Shown: one piece after another, positions 52,803 through 63,007 of the stretch
Layout: every line of letters begins with the position of its first letter
Position numbering within the stretch: the stretch's first letter is position 1
Assembly: GCA_965228475.1 (NCBI GenBank)
Contig: OZ245817.1
Span: forward strand, 2,688,001 to 2,752,000
Direction: 5' to 3'
Length of the DNA: 64,000 nucleotides
Source of the DNA: Myxococcota bacterium
Lineage (GTDB): Bacteria; Myxococcota_A; UBA9160; JAFDDA01
Position numbers and translations under genes: made by a program
The notes under the pieces: generated by a model
What the model was told of the DNA's origin: nothing
Databases searched by the model: none
What the model saw: the letters and a program-made list of their open reading frames with translations, nothing else

Positions 52803-54730
52803 CCCAACGACCGGGGCCGCCTGCCGCAAGGCTCGAGGCCCTCGACGGCTTGCTGGCCGCCGGCGTCTTCCTCCTCGCCATGGCCTGGTTCTCCCTCACC
52901 TGGACGGCGACCTTCGAGCCGCGCGACGAGGGCTACCTGCTCGCCCAGAGCCAGCGCGTCCTCGCGGGCGAACTGCCGCACCGCGACTTCACCGACGTCT
53001 ACGGCCCCGGCGCGCTCACCGTGACGGCAGCGCTGCTCGCCGCGGGCGAAGGCGACGTGCGCGGGGTCCGCATCGCGATCGCGGTATGGAAGGCGCTCGC
53101 GGTCGTCCTGGCATTCCTGCTCGCGCGGGGGCTCGTCGGCCGCCCGTGGGCCCTGCTCGGCGCGCTGGCCGCCGCCGCGTTCTGGGGCCGCCTCTCCTGG
53201 AACCTGAACACACCCTACGCCTCCCTCTACACCGTCCCGCTCCTGCTGCTCGCGGCCGCGGTCCTCGCGGCGGCGGAGTCTCGCGGCTCGGCGCGCGGAC
53301 GGTTCCTCGCCGGCGCCGTGGCCGGGAGTGCCGTGCTGTTCAAGCAGACCCTGGGGCTGATGGGCGCCTACGGCCTCGGGCTCGCGGTCGCGGCCGTCGC
53401 GCTGCTCGAGACGCGAGGTTCGGGTTCGACCTCGCGCGGCACTCCGGCGGTGCTCGGCCTGTGGGCCGTCGCCGCGATCGCACCGCTCGTTGCGGTCGCC
53501 GGATATCTCTCCGCGACGACCTACGCGGTGCACTTTCTCCCGCTCCATGCCTGGATGGCCTGCATCGCCGTCGGCGCGGCCCGGCGGGGGAACGGCCTCA
53601 CCGCCGGCGACCTCGTCGCCCGGCTCCTGCCCTATGGCCTGGGCCTCGCCGTCCTCCCCGGCCTGGCCGCGCTCTACTACGCGATGCAAGGCGCGCTCGG
53701 CGCCATGCTCCACGACATGTTCGTTCTTCCCCGGTCGCTCGTGAACTACGCCCTTCCCCTCGCTCTCCCGCCCTGGGGGGCGTTCGCCGTGCTCGCCGCG
53801 GGCGCCTGCGCGATTGCCGCGCCGCCGCTCGCGCTGCGCGGCACGCCGCGCGCCGCGGGCGTCGCCCTGTTCGCGGCCGCGGCTCTCGCCTGGGTCGGCT
53901 CGCAGCAGGTCTCCCTGGCCAGGATGCTCACGGTCGGGCCGGCGCTGTTCGAACCCGTCCAGCTCGCTCTCATTGCTGCGCTCGGACTCGCCGTGTTCGG
54001 CCCTTCGATCGGATCGGGCCGAGTTTCCCCGGCACTGCCCGCCCTCGTCTTCACGCATCTCCTGCTGTGCTTCCAAGGCTTCCCGCGTGGCGGCGTCGAC
54101 GTCTACCTGACCCAGGGGGCACAGATGCCGCTCCTGGCCGTCGCCCTCGGCACGGTCGGCGCGCGCCTGCCGACGACGCCGAGCCGGCGCCTGGGCGGCG
54201 TCGCACTCTCCCTGGTGTTGGTCTGGCTCGCCTTCCCCGCGGCCCAGGGCGTCGTCCAGACGGCGAGGGCACCGCTCGCGACCCGGGCCCTGGCACTCCC
54301 CGGCTTCGAGTCGGTCCACATGCCGACCCGGGTGCTGCGCGAGTTCGAGATCGACGATCTCGAACGGCTCGCCGCCGCCCTGGCGATCGCGGAGCCCGCC
54401 GACGCCCCCCTCGTCCACTTCCATCACGACCTCTCCCTGGCCTTCGCGAGCTCCCGGGAGGATCTCTTCGCGGACCGCCGCGCGCGGCTCTTCTGGGTCG
54501 CCTGGGACATGCTGCCCGCGTCCGAGATCGCGAAGCTCGAGGAGGACCGCATGATCGAGCGCCTCGCGGCGACGCCGGACGCGATCGTCGTCGACCGCCA
54601 CGGCGAGGGCACCGAGCGGCTGCGGCGCGCACTCCCGAAGTTCGCGACGTTCCTCGACGTCCACTATCAAGCCACCGCGCAGATGGGCCCCTACCGGACC
54701 CTCCGCCGCAAGCCGGAACCGACGCCTTGA
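52799..54730 (+). CDS. GT-C-fold membrane glycosyltransferase-like protein
   Basis: TTGA overlap; EPRDEGY after TM1, PHRDF..VYGPG, LFKQTLG; many TM segments and a soluble C-terminal domain. Confidence 0.7.
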   Translation: MTQRPGPPAARLEALDGLLAAGVFLLAMAWFSLTWTATFEPRDEGYLLAQSQRVLAGELPHRDFTDVYGPGALTVTAALLAAGEGDVRGVRIAIAVWKALAVVLAFLLARGLVGRPWALLGALAAAAFWGRLSWNLNTPYASLYTVPLLLLAAAVLAAAESRGSARGRFLAGAVAGSAVLFKQTLGLMGAYGLGLAVAAVALLETRGSGSTSRGTPAVLGLWAVAAIAPLVAVAGYLSATTYAVHFLPLHAWMACIAVGAARRGNGLTAGDLVARLLPYGLGLAVLPGLAALYYAMQGALGAMLHDMFVLPRSLVNYALPLALPPWGAFAVLAAGACAIAAPPLALRGTPRAAGVALFAAAALAWVGSQQVSLARMLTVGPALFEPVQLALIAALGLAVFGPSIGSGRVSPALPALVFTHLLLCFQGFPRGGVDVYLTQGAQMPLLAVALGTVGARLPTTPSRRLGGVALSLVLVWLAFPAAQGVVQTARAPLATRALALPGFESVHMPTRVLREFEIDDLERLAAALAIAEPADAPLVHFHHDLSLAFASSREDLFADRRARLFWVAWDMLPASEIAKLEEDRMIERLAATPDAIVVDRHGEGTERLRRALPKFATFLDVHYQATAQMGPYRTLRRKPEPTP

Positions 54731-54732
54731 GC

Positions 54733-56070
54733 ATGAATCGAACGCAGCCCCGGGGCCGTGGGAGACGCGCCCTGCTCGGAGCCGTCACCGCGACGCTCCT
54801 CGCCTTCGCCCCCACGGCCTGCAGCCCCGGCCCGAGCGGGCCGCCGAACGTGCTGGTCGTCGTGCTCGACGCCGCACGCGCCGACCACTTCGGCACCTAC
54901 GGCTACGAGCGCGACACGACCCCTCACATCGACGCCTTCGCGCGCGACGCCGTCCGCTACGAGACGGCGATCGCCGAGAGCGCCTACACCTTCGCCTCGA
55001 CGGCGGCATTGATGACCGGCCTTCCCCCGGCCGAGACCGGCCTGCTGAGCCCCCAGCGCCTCGGCCCCGATCTGCGCCTGCTCGCGGAGGTCGCCGAAGC
55101 CGCGGGGCGGCTCGCGGTCGGCTACTCCGAGAACCCCTACATCACGCGCTACTTCGGCTTCGAGCAGGGCTTCACGCTGCTCGACGAGGCCGTCGCCGTC
55201 GGGCGCAAGAGCCAGCGCCCCGTCGACAGCCACGCGGGGATCGCGCGGCTCTTCACCCGCCTCGACTACGAACGCGACCGGCCCTTCTTCGCCTACGTCC
55301 ACCTGCTCCGGCCTCACAACCCCTACGCCCCTCCGGAGGGGTTCGCGGGCCGCTTCGGCTCCCGGGCGGACCGGCGCGTCGACGGGTCGACGGCGACGCT
55401 GCTCGCCCTCGACGAGGGCAAGCGCGAGCCGCAGCCCGGGCAGATGGAGAACATCATCGCGCTCTACGACGAGAACCTGGCCTACGGCGACGCGCTCTTC
55501 GGCGAGATCCTCGCGGGTCTGCGGGAACGCGGGCGCCTCGCGAACACCGTCGTCGTGCTGACCTCGGACCACGGCGAGGCCTTCCTCGAACACGGCCGCA
55601 TGCTCCACACCCACACCACCTACGACGAGATGATTCGCATCCCGCTGATCGTGCGGATCCCCGGAGGCGAGGGTGGCTCGGTCGACGCGCCCGTGCAGCT
55701 CGCGGACCTCGGGACGGCGCTCGCCCGCGTCCTCGGGAACGAACCCGGTTCGGCGGAAGCCCTCGGCGCCCTCGGGCGCGAGGGCGCCACGGTCTCCTTC
55801 ACCCTGCCCGGCACGGGCCATGCCGCGGCGCGCACGCGCGAACGCAAGCTCATCGCGCGCACCGAGACGCTCGAGCCGATGGGCTACTACGACCTCCTCC
55901 GCGACGCCGGAGAGCGCTCCCCGCTCGAGCTGGATGCGGCGGCGACCCCGCTCCTCCAGAGCCTCCAGCGCGGCCTCCCGCCCGAAGCACGCGCCGACGT
56001 CGTCTCGCCGACCGACGACGACGAAGCCCTGCGCGAGCGCCTCGAGGCCCTCGGTTACATCGACCCCTGA
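54733..56070 (+). CDS. Sulfatase-fold hydrolase/transferase lipoprotein, Thr-type
   Basis: Lipobox-like APTAC; LDAARAD, ESAYTFASTAALMTG, HLLRPH, SDHGE, C-terminal LEALGY. Confidence 0.85.
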   Translation: MNRTQPRGRGRRALLGAVTATLLAFAPTACSPGPSGPPNVLVVVLDAARADHFGTYGYERDTTPHIDAFARDAVRYETAIAESAYTFASTAALMTGLPPAETGLLSPQRLGPDLRLLAEVAEAAGRLAVGYSENPYITRYFGFEQGFTLLDEAVAVGRKSQRPVDSHAGIARLFTRLDYERDRPFFAYVHLLRPHNPYAPPEGFAGRFGSRADRRVDGSTATLLALDEGKREPQPGQMENIIALYDENLAYGDALFGEILAGLRERGRLANTVVVLTSDHGEAFLEHGRMLHTHTTYDEMIRIPLIVRIPGGEGGSVDAPVQLADLGTALARVLGNEPGSAEALGALGREGATVSFTLPGTGHAAARTRERKLIARTETLEPMGYYDLLRDAGERSPLELDAAATPLLQSLQRGLPPEARADVVSPTDDDEALRERLEALGYIDP

Positions 56071-56119
56071 GCCGCCCCGCCGGCGGGCGCGTCCGGACGA
56101 TCCGCTAAGGTCGGACGCC

Positions 56120-56767
56120 GTGGATTCCCTGCAGCTCGAACCCGGAACGCGCGCGACGATCCTCGTCCACTACTACCGCGCGATGGTGGGCCGCGCCGAC
56201 ATCTGGCGCATGCGCATGGACACGACCACCCACTGGGCGATCGGCGCGACCGCCGCCGTGGCTTCCTTCGCGCTCGGGAACGCGGCGGTTCCCCACTACG
56301 TGGTGCACATCGCCTCCTTCCTGACGGTGATCTTCCTCCTGCTCGAGGCCCGGCGGCTGACCTTCTACCACCTGTGGCAGAGCCGCGTGCTCGACCTCGA
56401 GCGCACCCTCGTGGCGCCCGCCCTCGCCGACGAGACCACGACGGCCGCGGATCTCCCGAAGCTCGAGGACGAGCTCGGTCCCGAGCTCGGCACGACCATC
56501 CCGACCATGTCGATGGGCAAGGCGGCCGCGCGCCGGCTGCGCCGCGTGTACGTCTACCTGTTCGCGGTCCAGGGGCTGGCGTGGCTGATGAAGCTCGCGA
56601 CCCATCCCGAGCCGGCCCAGGACGCGGGCGCGCTGGTCGCCCGCGCTGGCATCGGCGCGGTACCGGGCGCCGTGACGCTGGGCCTGGGTGCAGTGGGACT
56701 CGCCTTCGCCGTGGGTCTCGCCGTCGCCCGCGGCGGCGTGAGCCGGCGCTCGGTTCAAAGCGCCTAG
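56120..56767 (+). CDS. DUF2270 family membrane protein
   Basis: HYYRA...WRMRMDTTTHWA, LEARR, RLRRVY. Start inferred (GTG). Confidence 0.75.
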   Translation: MDSLQLEPGTRATILVHYYRAMVGRADIWRMRMDTTTHWAIGATAAVASFALGNAAVPHYVVHIASFLTVIFLLLEARRLTFYHLWQSRVLDLERTLVAPALADETTTAADLPKLEDELGPELGTTIPTMSMGKAAARRLRRVYVYLFAVQGLAWLMKLATHPEPAQDAGALVARAGIGAVPGAVTLGLGAVGLAFAVGLAVARGGVSRRSVQSA

Positions 56768-56770
56768 GCC

Positions 56771-58804
56771 TCAGGGAAGCGCTTCGAAGCAGTCCTTCAC
56801 CAGGTGGAAGCGCCCTTCGAGCCGGAGATCGCGCGAGGACGCGCCCACGGCGATCCGATACTCCCCCGCCTCCGCACGCCAGCCCCGCTGCAGCTCGTCG
56901 AACCAGGCAAGGTCGCGGGCCCGGAGCCGGAACTCGACGCGGCGGCTCTCGCCCGCCACGAGCGTGCACTTCTCGAACCCGGCGAGCTCGCGAACCGGCC
57001 GGGGCACCACGCTCAGCTCGGGCCCGACGTAGAGCTGCGCCACCTCGGCCCCGTCCCGGCCCCCGACATTCGTCACGGTGAAGGAGATGCCGAGGCTCCC
57101 CTCCCCTTCCCACGACCCGGCATCGACCGCGAGATCCGCGTACTCGAACGCGGTGTAGGAGAGCCCGTGGCCGAACGGGAAGAGCGGCTCGATCTCCTCG
57201 CGGTCGAAGTGGCGGTAGCCGACGAAGACGTCCTCGTCGTAGTGCACGGTTCGCCCGACCCCGGGGAAGTTGCGCGGCGCCCGGTGGGCGGGCGAGTGAC
57301 GGAGCGTCTTCGGGAACGTCACCGGGAGCTTTCCGGAGGGATTCACGGCCCCGGTCAGGCCCGCTGCGATGGCGTGGCCCCCTTCCATGCCCGGGTACCA
57401 CGCCATGAGCACGGCCGGCACGGCGTCGAGCCACTCCATCTCGATCGGGCTCCCGGCGATGATCACGACGACCGTGTTCGGGTTCGCCGCCACGGTGCGG
57501 CGGATGAGCGCCTCCTGGCGCGCCGGGAGCGCCAGCCGGCGGCGGTCCATGACCTCGGAGTCGTGCCCGGGCCGGTGGCTCAAGCCGACGCACACGATCG
57601 CGAGGTCCGCCTCGGCGGGGTCCCGGACCAGCGCGGCCCGGCCGGCCAGGGCCTCGGCGATGCCCCGGCGCGGCGTGATCTCGTGCGGCGGCCAGACGCC
57701 GGAACTTCCGCCCCAGAGCGGCAGGCAGTTGCGCGCGTTCGCCTTCGGGCCGAGCACGGCCACCGTCTTCACGTTCGTCGGGTCGAGGGGCAGGAGATCG
57801 CCTTCGTTCTTCAGCAGGACGAGGCTCGCCTCCGCGACGTCGCGGGCCACGCGCTCGGTCTCGGGCGTCCCGAGGCGGCCCGGGCGCTTTCGCGGCGGTC
57901 CGTCGACGTGCCCCGTCAGGAACATCACCCGGACGAGGCCCTCGAGCGCAGCGTCGAGCTCCGCCTCGCCGAAGCGGCCCTCGGCGTGCTCCGCGGCGAG
58001 GGCGTCCGTGCGGTAGCGCGTGCCCTTGCCGGGCATCTCGAGGGAGAGCCCCGCCCGCAGGCAGGCTTCGCCGCTGCTCGTGCGGCGCACGGCGAACCAG
58101 TCCGAGACGGTGAAGCCCCGGAAGCCCCACTCTTCGCGCAGGATCTCGGTCAGCAGTTCCCGGTTCTCGCAGGCCGCGGTTCCGTTCACCGCGTTGTAGG
58201 CGGCCATCACCGACCACGCATCCGCCTCGCGCACCGCCGCCTCGAAGGCCGGGAGGTAGAGCTCGCGCAGCGCGCGCGGACTCACCCGCACGTCGTGCTT
58301 CATGCGCTCGCTCTCCTGATTGTTCGCGACGTAGTGCTTCACGCAGGCCGCGACGCCCTGGGATTGCACGCCCTCGATGAAGGGCACGGTCAGCCGCGCG
58401 TTCAGGTGCGGGTCCTCGGTCAGGTACTCGAAGGTCCGGCCGCCGAGCGGCGTGCGCAGGAGGTTCACCGCCGGGCCGAGGATCATCCGGCAACCCGCCG
58501 CGCGGGTCTCCTCGCCGAGCGCCTCCCCGTAGCGGCGCGCGAGGTCCCGGTCCCAGGTGGCCCCGAGGGCGATGCCCGACGGGAACGACGTCCCCCGGCG
58601 GCGCGCCGAGTGGAGCGCGACCCCGCGTGGGCCGTCGGTCATGCGGAAGGGGCGCAGCCCCAGGCGCGGCACCGCGCGCGTCTCCCAGAAGTTCCGGCCC
58701 GCACACAGCGAGAGCTTCTCTTCGACGGTCACCGCCGCGAGCAGTGCGGCGACGCGCTCCTCGAGCGGCAGGCTCTCGTCTCGGAAGTCGGCGGTCTCGG
58801 TCAT
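56771..58804 (-). CDS. Glycoside hydrolase family 3 (beta-glucosidase-like) with Fn3-like C-terminus; no signal peptide seen
   Basis: TDGPRG, GGRTFEY..EDP, CVKHY, nucleophile SDW, NPSGKLP, FPFGHGLSYT; ATGA overlap. Confidence 0.92.
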   Translation of the reverse strand: MTETADFRDESLPLEERVAALLAAVTVEEKLSLCAGRNFWETRAVPRLGLRPFRMTDGPRGVALHSARRRGTSFPSGIALGATWDRDLARRYGEALGEETRAAGCRMILGPAVNLLRTPLGGRTFEYLTEDPHLNARLTVPFIEGVQSQGVAACVKHYVANNQESERMKHDVRVSPRALRELYLPAFEAAVREADAWSVMAAYNAVNGTAACENRELLTEILREEWGFRGFTVSDWFAVRRTSSGEACLRAGLSLEMPGKGTRYRTDALAAEHAEGRFGEAELDAALEGLVRVMFLTGHVDGPPRKRPGRLGTPETERVARDVAEASLVLLKNEGDLLPLDPTNVKTVAVLGPKANARNCLPLWGGSSGVWPPHEITPRRGIAEALAGRAALVRDPAEADLAIVCVGLSHRPGHDSEVMDRRRLALPARQEALIRRTVAANPNTVVVIIAGSPIEMEWLDAVPAVLMAWYPGMEGGHAIAAGLTGAVNPSGKLPVTFPKTLRHSPAHRAPRNFPGVGRTVHYDEDVFVGYRHFDREEIEPLFPFGHGLSYTAFEYADLAVDAGSWEGEGSLGISFTVTNVGGRDGAEVAQLYVGPELSVVPRPVRELAGFEKCTLVAGESRRVEFRLRARDLAWFDELQRGWRAEAGEYRIAVGASSRDLRLEGRFHLVKDCFEALP

Positions 58805-59889
58805 GGCGTGGTCTCTCCGTCCCAGCCCTGGTCCTCGAGGGCGTCGAAGGCGGCCTGGATCCGCTCGGCTTCGGGGTGCGCGGCGATGCGCTCGCGATAG
58901 ATCGCACGCTGCTGCTCGGCCACGAGCTTCGGCTGTTCGACCGTCGCCCACTGGCAGATCTCGGCCCAGAACCCGTCGACGATCTCGTGCCCGGCGATCG
59001 TGCCCCCGTCGAGGGTGTGGAAGTGGCAGTGCCGGATCTCGCCGAGCACGAGGCGCAGGGAGCGCACGTGGATCGCCTCGTCCCGGCGGATCCGGCGCAC
59101 GATCTCGGCCGCGCGCCCGGCGGCCGCCCGGTCTTCGCGGAAGAGGTCCGGGTCCATGAGCAGGGCCTCGGTCATCGAGAAGCCCCGCTCGGCCCGGAAC
59201 TCGATCAACAGCAGGTTCAGCAGGAAGTAGATCACCCGCATCGGGCCTTCCTGGATGTTCGGCCGCGCCCGCAGCGCTTCGTCCGGGCGGGCGATGTTGC
59301 CGGCGTCGGGCGGGTCGGGGAAGTCGGCGTCCGGGAAGACGAGATCGCGCAGGGCGAACCACATCGTGTCGTGGCCGCCGAGCCCCTTCGCCGGTTCGCC
59401 GCCTTCGTCGAGCCCGTGAGCCTTGAGCAACCCGGCGTGCAGATGGCCGAGGGCCATCTGCGAGACGTCCTCCACGACGACCGGCTGGAAGTCGGGGAAG
59501 CTCATCTCCGCGAGAACGCGTCCACGGGCTTCGATCTGGCCGGTGATCGTGAGCATGTTCCAGAAGCTCTGCCCGAGGCCCTCCAGGAGCAGGAGCTTCA
59601 TCTGCTCGGGGTTCGGATAGCGGATCCCCGCGAGCAGCCGGTTGTCGGCGGCCAGCGGCTCGCCACCGCGCGCGGCGAGCGCGGCTTCCCAGGCCTCGAG
59701 TGCGGGCTCGCGCAGGAGCGCGCGCGGCGGGACGTAGGCTCCCTCGGCATCGAAGCCTCCGTGCAGGCGCAGGCCGGCCTCCACGTGGGGCACGGCGAAC
59801 TCGTGGGAGCGCAGGAGTTCTTCTTCGCTGTAGCGGAGTTTGGCGGGGTCTCGGAGCTGCACGGGGGGCCTCGGCGGCGAGACTACCAC
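58801..59889 (-). CDS. Ferritin-like (di-iron carboxylate-type) hypothetical protein
   Basis: IEARG, HGLDEGG...GGHD, IEFRAE, IRRDEAIH. Start uncertain (GTG 59889 or 59862). Confidence 0.6.
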   Translation of the reverse strand: MVVSPPRPPVQLRDPAKLRYSEEELLRSHEFAVPHVEAGLRLHGGFDAEGAYVPPRALLREPALEAWEAALAARGGEPLAADNRLLAGIRYPNPEQMKLLLLEGLGQSFWNMLTITGQIEARGRVLAEMSFPDFQPVVVEDVSQMALGHLHAGLLKAHGLDEGGEPAKGLGGHDTMWFALRDLVFPDADFPDPPDAGNIARPDEALRARPNIQEGPMRVIYFLLNLLLIEFRAERGFSMTEALLMDPDLFREDRAAAGRAAEIVRRIRRDEAIHVRSLRLVLGEIRHCHFHTLDGGTIAGHEIVDGFWAEICQWATVEQPKLVAEQQRAIYRERIAAHPEAERIQAAFDALEDQGWDGETTP

Positions 59890-59915
59890 GGGCGCGCGTT
59901 CGGCTGGGGGCGGCG

Positions 59916-62888
59916 CTAGCGCTGCTGCGCGGCGGCGCGCAGCCGCTTCAGGATGTCCGGGCCACGCTCGTGGGCCGGAAGACGGGTGGCGAGCGGGATC
60001 GCCGCCCGGACGAGGGCGCCGCGGTCGGCGCTTCGCTGGCGGGTCAGCACGTCGAGGGCGCCCCAGGCCTTCGCCGGCTCGCCCGCCAGGGCCGCCACGC
60101 GGGCGCGGGCCAGGAGGTCGCGGGCCTCGCGGGTGGCGTCGAGCAACGCGTCGCTGATCGCGAGCCCTTCCCGGCCGAGGGCTTCTTCCCCGCTCGCGAT
60201 CCGCCAGGCGATGCGCGCGCGTTGCGCTTCCTCGTAGAGCAGGTGCGTCGGCTCGAGCCCAGCGAGGACCGGCTCGAGGGCCCGGAGCGCGGCCGGCTCG
60301 CCGGAACGTTCGTGGCCCCAGGCAGCGGTGAGCGCCCGCTCGGCCTCGGTGACCGCGCCGCCGGAATCGCCGCGCGTGGCGAGGAGCAGCCCCTGGCGGG
60401 CGTCGGCGCGGTCCGGCTGCAGCGCGAGGGCCCGCCGGAAGGCCACGGCGGCGGCTTCGGCGTTCCCGGCCTCGAGTTCGGCGAAGCCCTGCCCGACCGC
60501 GCCCGCCGCGCCCGGAACCTCCGCGAACAGGCGGCGGGCCCGCTCGAGCTGGTACGTCACGACGAGCCGGCGCGCGAGCGGTGCCGGTTCGTACGCGGCG
60601 ATCCGCCGCGGGAGCGGGTCGAGCTCGGCGAAGAACGGGTCCACCCAGTGGAAGTTGCCGGAGCCCCCGAAGGCGACCGAGGCCAGACGGTTGTGGTCGT
60701 CCGTGTTCACCGGCGCCCCGGCGGCCATGGCCCGCGCGCCTTCGGTGTCGAGGGCGAGGGCCGGGACGGCATCCTCGACCCGGTAGAGCCCCTCGGCCGC
60801 GAAGCTCTCCGGCGCCCTGCGGATCGCCTCCTCCACGTGGGACAGCACGTCCACGGGCTCGGTCGAGCCGACGAAGAGCAGCGCCGCGGGGACCGGCCGG
60901 TAGACCTCGAGGTTCGGGAAGACCTCGAGCAGCGTCGCGAGCAAGGTCCGCAGCAGGGGCTCGTTGATGAAGCCCACGCCGATCCACTGGGCGAAGACGC
61001 CGCCCGGCGCGAGGTGGTCGCGGACGAGCTCGAAGAACTCCCGGGTGTAGAGGTGCGACGCCCCCGAGGTCCACGGGTGCGAAGGCTGCGAGACGATGGC
61101 GTCGTAACGTTTGTCGGCGAGGGTGAGGGCGCCCCGGGCATCCCCGAGCTTCAGGCGGACGCGCTCCTGGTCGAGGGGCTCGCCGCCGTGGCGCGCAGGA
61201 ACCTTGCGGTTGGCGACGACGACCTCGGGCTCGAGCTCGATCACGTCCACGCGCGCGACGGAACTCGGAACGGCCCCGAGCGTCAGGCCGCCGCCGAGGC
61301 CCACGACGAGCATGTCCTCGGCCCCCGGCCGCGCCATGACCGGAAGCATCGAGAGCCAGCGCACCTCCGAGAAGCGCGTCGGCGGAAGCTCGGGCAGTTC
61401 GATGGCGGATTCCGGCAGGCCGTTGGTCGCCACGCGGTAGGTCGCACCGCTGCGGATCAGCGTCACCGTCGCCGAGCGTCCGACGCCGAGGTAGACGATC
61501 TCGCCCGGGAACGGCTGGCCCGTGAGCACCGAGTTGCGCAGGAGCTGCCAGGGCGGCTCCTGGGGGAGCAGGAGCACCGCCGCCATGCCTGCCGTCGCGA
61601 GGCCGGCGAGCGGTTTGCGGGACGGGCTCGCGAGCCAGGCCGTCGCCGCAGCCAGGCCGAAGTTCAGCGCGACGCCGAGCGCGAGCGTCCCCTCGAGCCC
61701 GAGCCCGGGGAGCAGCGCGAAGCCCGCGAGCACCGCCCCGAGGATCGAACCCACGGTGTTCCATGCGTAGACGCGGGCGCTCACCACCGCCGCGTCCTCG
61801 GCGCTCCCGGCGAAGAGCCGGACCGCGAAGGGGAAGGTCGCGCCGATGCAGAGGGTGAAGGGCAGCAGGTAGCCGCCCGCGAGGAGGATGCCCGGCGCCG
61901 GGTTGCGGGCCGTCGCGCCGAGGCTCGCGGCGAGGGTCGGGAGCTGGTCGGCCGCGGCGAAGGCGATCCACGCGAACACCCCCGTCCCGATCTGCGCGAG
62001 AGCGAAGCCGACCGCCGCGAAGGAACGCGAGCGGGCGAAGCGCGCCGCGATGGCGCTCCCGAGCGCGATCCCGAGCAGGAAGCTCGCGAGCATGGTCGCG
62101 AAGGCGTGGGTGCTGCCGCCGAGGATCTGGCCGAGGAGCCGCGTCCAGAGCACTTCGTAGGCGAAGGAGACGAAGCCCGAGAGCAGGATGACGGGCAGGA
62201 TCCAGTGGAAGCCGTGCTGCTTCGACTCGCTCACGTCGGTCGGCGGGCCCGCCACGCGTGCGAGCAGCGCAGCGGCGACGAAGACGAGCGCATTCGCCGC
62301 CGCCCCGAGCTGCACCGTCGCCCGCAGCCCGAACTCGGGCAGGAAGACGAAGGCGGCGAAGAGCGTCCCCGCGATCGCGCCCGCGGTGTTCACCGCGTAG
62401 AGCACCCCGACGCGCGGACCGATCTGTTCGTCCCGCGAGACGGCGTGCCGGGCCAGCAGCGGGAGCGTCGCGCCCATCAGCGCCGTACAGGGAACGAGCA
62501 CGAGGAAGGTCCCGAGCAGATGGAAGAGCGCGGTGGCGGTGCCGAGGGTCTCGGGCGGGGCTTCGAGCCCGCCGAGCAGCGAGAGATAGACGGCGGAGAC
62601 GGCCCGGATGCCGAAGGGCACGAGCAGCGCCCCCACGGCGATCAGCAGCTCGAGCACGCCGTAGGCCAGGACCGGCCGCTCGATGCGGGCGGCGAGGCGT
62701 CCGGCCACAGCCGCCCCGAGCGCGAGCCCGGCCATGTAGGCCGAGAGCACCGCGGCGATGGCCAGCTCCGAGGTCCCGAAAACGAAGGAGAACTCGCGCG
62801 ACCAGGCCGTCTGGTAGAGCAGCGCCGCGAAGCCGGAGAGAAAGAAGCAGGCGAGGAGCAGCGCGAATCGCGCCCGGTCGGAGTTCAT
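59916..62888 (-). CDS. Fused MFS-like / spermidine-synthase-like SAM-binding protein (paralog 3) with TPR-like tail
   Basis: LYAVNTAG and VYAWNTVG repeats; TNGLPES, VVGLGGGLT, IELE, GDAR, YDAIVSQPSHPW, HLYTREFF, NTDDHN. Confidence 0.88.
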   Translation of the reverse strand: MNSDRARFALLLACFFLSGFAALLYQTAWSREFSFVFGTSELAIAAVLSAYMAGLALGAAVAGRLAARIERPVLAYGVLELLIAVGALLVPFGIRAVSAVYLSLLGGLEAPPETLGTATALFHLLGTFLVLVPCTALMGATLPLLARHAVSRDEQIGPRVGVLYAVNTAGAIAGTLFAAFVFLPEFGLRATVQLGAAANALVFVAAALLARVAGPPTDVSESKQHGFHWILPVILLSGFVSFAYEVLWTRLLGQILGGSTHAFATMLASFLLGIALGSAIAARFARSRSFAAVGFALAQIGTGVFAWIAFAAADQLPTLAASLGATARNPAPGILLAGGYLLPFTLCIGATFPFAVRLFAGSAEDAAVVSARVYAWNTVGSILGAVLAGFALLPGLGLEGTLALGVALNFGLAAATAWLASPSRKPLAGLATAGMAAVLLLPQEPPWQLLRNSVLTGQPFPGEIVYLGVGRSATVTLIRSGATYRVATNGLPESAIELPELPPTRFSEVRWLSMLPVMARPGAEDMLVVGLGGGLTLGAVPSSVARVDVIELEPEVVVANRKVPARHGGEPLDQERVRLKLGDARGALTLADKRYDAIVSQPSHPWTSGASHLYTREFFELVRDHLAPGGVFAQWIGVGFINEPLLRTLLATLLEVFPNLEVYRPVPAALLFVGSTEPVDVLSHVEEAIRRAPESFAAEGLYRVEDAVPALALDTEGARAMAAGAPVNTDDHNRLASVAFGGSGNFHWVDPFFAELDPLPRRIAAYEPAPLARRLVVTYQLERARRLFAEVPGAAGAVGQGFAELEAGNAEAAAVAFRRALALQPDRADARQGLLLATRGDSGGAVTEAERALTAAWGHERSGEPAALRALEPVLAGLEPTHLLYEEAQRARIAWRIASGEEALGREGLAISDALLDATREARDLLARARVAALAGEPAKAWGALDVLTRQRSADRGALVRAAIPLATRLPAHERGPDILKRLRAAAQQR

Positions 62889-63007
62889 CGCGCGGCGGGT
62901 CCAGTCCGTTCGTCCGAAGGGTTGCCGGACTCTACCAGACGACGGAAGCGGCCCGCGACGATGCGATCCCGCCCGGCGAGGCGCCCCGATGTCGTATCCT
63001 CCCGGGG

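Noticed and set aside
377..62888. Naming the three fusion proteins speE (spermidine synthase)
   Set aside because: They lack the GGG(D/E)G and DxxD aminopropyltransferase signatures, and no SAM decarboxylase gene is in the window.
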